Shown here: one piece after another, positions 60,701 through 64,000 of the stretch
Position numbering within the stretch: the stretch's first letter is position 1
Layout: each line of letters begins with the position of its first letter
From: Paraspadella gotoi
Lineage: Eukaryota; Animalia; Chaetognatha
Assembly (NCBI GenBank): GCA_051294375.1
Contig: CM119267.1
Coordinates: 18,206,992 to 18,270,991 of the forward strand
Direction of reading: 5' to 3'
DNA length: 64,000 nt
Made by a program: the position numbers and the translations under genes
The notes under the pieces: generated by a model
What the model was told of the DNA's origin: nothing
Seen by the model: the letters and a program-made list of their open reading frames with translations, nothing else
Database searches by the model: none

Positions 60701-61516
60701 AGAACCTCGTTGCGACTTTGCTTCTTTTGTCGGTAATCTTCGTTTAAACCCGTGGAGAGCTCCATCAACCTTCAAGAGAAAAATTTGCATAGTTTCTTTC
60801 GCTTCGTTGTGTTAGATTAGACGAGAAGTAGAGTAAATAATGATTTATTTACTACAACGATAATACTAGTGTTTCGGCTTTTTATTTACTATCAAAGCGA
60901 AAAAAAGCCAAAACATGTCCGATCACTAATATTATCGATGTTGTAAATAAATCATTATTTACTTTACTTCTCGACTCAGAAAAAAATTAGACACGATGGT
61001 GATGAATTGATAATCCACTTTACATTTAGAGGATTAGAAGCCCAATTAGGCTTCTTACCTATCCTGCACCGGCTTCGGATACCGATTTCCCATCATTTCA
61101 ACGTTCACGTATGCCGACGCCATGCAGAGAAGATCGTCGCGCGGCAGCTCGGAGCAGTTTCTCTCCAAAAAGTCCCTCCTGAGGCCCCACTCCGTCTCGC
61201 TCTCGTGCTCTCGTCTCAGCCCGCCGACTTCGGATTGAGAAAAGTATGGATCTTGCTTGATGGGGCGCTCGAGTTGGCGTGGCTCGTTGCGGGGCTCGTG
61301 GCGGGTCTCGTTACGCGGTTTGTGACGTAGTTCGTGATGAGAGTCATGCCGATTCGGTTCCACGTTTCCGTATGGGGATCGAGAATGAGAGGGCGGAGGA
61401 TGGGAAGGGGGAGGATGGGAAGGGGGAGGATGGGAAGGGGGAGGATGAGAGGGGAGGTAATTGCCGGGATGGGGACCAGGAGGGGGTTGGCGGCGGTGAT
61501 CGGCGAAATGATGCAT
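57717..61516 (-). CDS. NKRF: NKRF-like protein (XTBD, dsRBD-like region, G-patch, R3H)
   Basis: XTBD LRREHESETEWGLRRDFL..YVNVEMMGNRYP. G-patch NPGLKMMLKMGWGGGGLG. R3H FTNDERKEIH. Confidence 0.85.
60822..60973. mobile_element. ~150-bp palindromic MITE in NKRF intron 1
   Basis: CGAGAAGTAGAGTAAATAATGATTTATTTAC pairs with GTAAATAAATCATTATTTACTTTACTTCTCG. No clean TSD. Confidence 0.7.
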
Positions 61517-61703
61517 TGTCTAAACTTTCGCTCGAAAGCGTCGATTTAAAATTCAAAACTTTGCAAGATTAACTGCATGGTCCTAAGGGATGGAAAAATA
61601 AGATAACGACGAAAGGCTAAATCCAATTAAAGTTTAAACGAACAATCGATAAGAATCCTAAGCATTCGTCAACTCTTGTCCCATGAAAGAAAACAAAATT
61701 GGC

Positions 61704-62981
61704 TCAAAATTCGTCATCGTCGTCAACGTCGAGAAAGACGTCGTAGGCCTCGCGGTTGCAGTTCCCCTCCGGAGTGAAAACGTACTTCTGGAAACTTCCG
61801 TCGGTGCAGATGACGAAGACGTTGGAGCAGTTTTGTCCACCGAAGGCGCAGACGCAGGCCGACTCGGACTTGACGGTGAACTTGGCGAAAGACCACTGAC
61901 TCTCGGCGTAGCCGCCGATCCTCTCGAAGGCCGACCGACGGTTGAAGCGGGTGTTCTTGAGGGCGAAGACGTGGACGGTCCCCTTGTCAGAAGAAGCGCA
62001 TAGATAGGCGCTGTCGGGCGAAAAGTTGATGCAATAAACGCGAGCGGTGTCGGCTCCGCGACGAAGCTCGATCGATTGAGTTCCCGTCTTGGAGTCGAAG
62101 ACGCGAATGAGAGTTCCCTTGACGGAGGCCGTCGCTACCATGGTGCCCTGACGATTGACGGCCAAATAGGCCAGGTCGCTTTGGTGAGCCTTGGGCGAAA
62201 AAGAAAATGGGAAGTTAAAACACTTAATTTGATTAACTTAGGACAAGGGAAATCAATGAAACGCAATCAGACCTGAATCGATGTCGGACTGCTCGAGCAG
62301 CCAGCCGAGATTGTGTTGAGATCGACGACGTGGACATTTCCCGGTCGACTCCCAGGGAAGACGACGACGTTTCGATCGGCGGTGGATGAGGCGGCGGCGA
62401 CGGCGACGAGTCCGCCGGGGTTGTCCTTGGTCTCGTAGCTGAACAACTTTTTCGGGTCGTTGGGGAAGGAGAAGACGTGGATGCGATGGCGCAGCACGGC
62501 GATGAGGCGGTCTTTCTGCGAGGGATGAAATGTTGGTATCAAGATTTATGAATAAGTGTAACGGCTAGAAATTGAAGTAAAATACATAAACGTCAAGCTG
62601 AGCAATATTTACTGCAATATGCACTAAAATGCTCATCCAATTCGCTTTTCAAATCTTCGACCACACCTGCAACCTGACCGCCAAGACCGGCTGCGGAAAG
62701 GTGAACTCTAGCACGAAGGCTTTTTTCTTGTCGTCCCAGATGAGAATGGCGTTGTCGGCAAACTTGGGTCGGCTGCCACCGGCGACGACGGCGACCAGAT
62801 TAGAGCGACCCAGCATCTCGCAGATGGCGACGGAGCCGACGACGGCTTGGCGGAGGTGCATCTTCTTCGCCAGGGGGTGGACGTTGAAGATTTTGACGCC
62901 CTCGTCCGAGGAACAGGCGAAGAGACCGTGGTCTTGATTCAAGGAGAGCGAAGCTACGGAGCGGTCTTCGCCGTAAGACAT
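61704..62981 (-). CDS. WDR45: WIPI4/WDR45 PROPPIN (3 exons)
   Basis: [17 protein letters not shown] motif, [12 protein letters not shown] and the WIPI4-type C-terminus [20 protein letters not shown]. Confidence 0.92.
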
Positions 62982-63096
62982 GGCGAAAGGATATTGAGGG
63001 TTGCGAAGCAGGAGAGTAAAGAAGGAAAGAGAGAGAACTAGAAGAGCGACTTAACAATTCTTCGGTAAGGAGTCTTTAATCCTCGAGTTTCACCCC

Positions 63097-63600
63097 TCAG
63101 TACAACTTGTCCCATTCGTCGTAGTACGTGTTGTACTTGCGATGATCGTAATTGCCGTAGTTGATCTCGTCACGAAACGGAACCGTGTCCCTAAAATCTT
63201 TGACTCTCTTGGGCATAAGGTTTGCCCGCTGGGCCTTCTTGACCAACTGCTCGATGCGCTTCTGGTGGGGAGGCTTCAGTCCCGTCGTCTCGGGAGGGAG
63301 AACGGTGTAGTCCGAGTTGACGAACTGGCGCAGGATCAGCACGTCGGTGTGGGAAAGAAAACGGAAGAAGTCGTTGTCCTCCAGCAGAGAGCGACGGGTC
63401 CCGTCCGCGTCCTGGATGCAGACGAAGCGACCGTGCGGAATGTCGCGTCGAACGCCCTCGACCACCGTGGAGGATCCTTCGATAGTCTCGATGATGTCTT
63501 TCAAAGGACGGATGGCAGAGACGGAGAACGGAGCGACGATGCGAGGAGAGACGATGGGGCGGGCGAGGAGAAAGAGAGACGAGCGAAAGGGAGTCAACAT
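63097..63600 (-). CDS. MRPS18A: Mitoribosomal protein mL66/MRPS18A
   Basis: Arg/Ser-rich presequence and the S18 core HTDVLILRQFV..LPPETTGL..AQRANLMP. Intronless. Confidence 0.8.
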   Translation of the reverse strand: MLTPFRSSLFLLARPIVSPRIVAPFSVSAIRPLKDIIETIEGSSTVVEGVRRDIPHGRFVCIQDADGTRRSLLEDNDFFRFLSHTDVLILRQFVNSDYTVLPPETTGLKPPHQKRIEQLVKKAQRANLMPKRVKDFRDTVPFRDEINYGNYDHRKYNTYYDEWDKLY

Positions 63601-64000
63601 TTTCGAGAGACGATTCGATTGGGAATCGTCGGAAATCCCTTCGCAACGGATGGCGAGGGATCAATACTACAATCTGATAAAAAAAAAGTTTAAGGAGCGA
63701 ATTGTTTAAAAAATTATCAGCATTGATGTCATCATATGATCAAGCAACCAGGAATATAAAAGAAAGACTTATGTTGAAAACTCGCATAAATCTGTTTTAC
63801 ACAAAGGATTGTGAATGGGCCATTTCGATAGTTAATTTACTTCGGGAAAATTTAAATGGAAAACATTCATTACATCCAATACATTTCGATACTGAGCAGC
63901 GACGAAAGCTACAGAGCTTTTCGGACAATATTTTACGGATCTCATGGCGTAAACACGCTTAATCCGCTGACGTAAATTTGAAAGAAATTCGGATTCTCGC

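Overview
This is a gene-dense, intron-rich window from a eukaryote, an animal and probably a non-arthropod invertebrate. It is not prokaryotic, and no CRISPR array, rRNA or intact tRNA was seen. Manual splicing gives 17 protein-coding genes: an XK-related membrane protein, NME8-like (thioredoxin plus 3 NDK domains), a divergent UMP-CMP/adenylate kinase, copine, a calmodulin-like protein, PDCD6/ALG-2, syntenin, two multi-Kazal inhibitors, a putatively myristoylated HEPN-domain protein, prominin, ACSL, moonraker/KIAA0753, PDAP1, NKRF, WDR45 and MRPS18A. Two genes are nested antisense in introns of biochemically related hosts, and a third (the XK gene) is probably nested too. The six right-hand genes form a tightly packed co-directional run suggestive of an operon. 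Introns carry several small non-autonomous mobile elements: three structured TG...TA/TT solo-LTR-like elements with 4-bp TSDs (one with a tRNA-type Pol III promoter), a Merlin-like MITE filled with telomere-like repeats, foldback/hAT-like MITEs and a DINE/Helentron-like element. All gene models and family calls come from manual reading and motif recognition, not from database searches.
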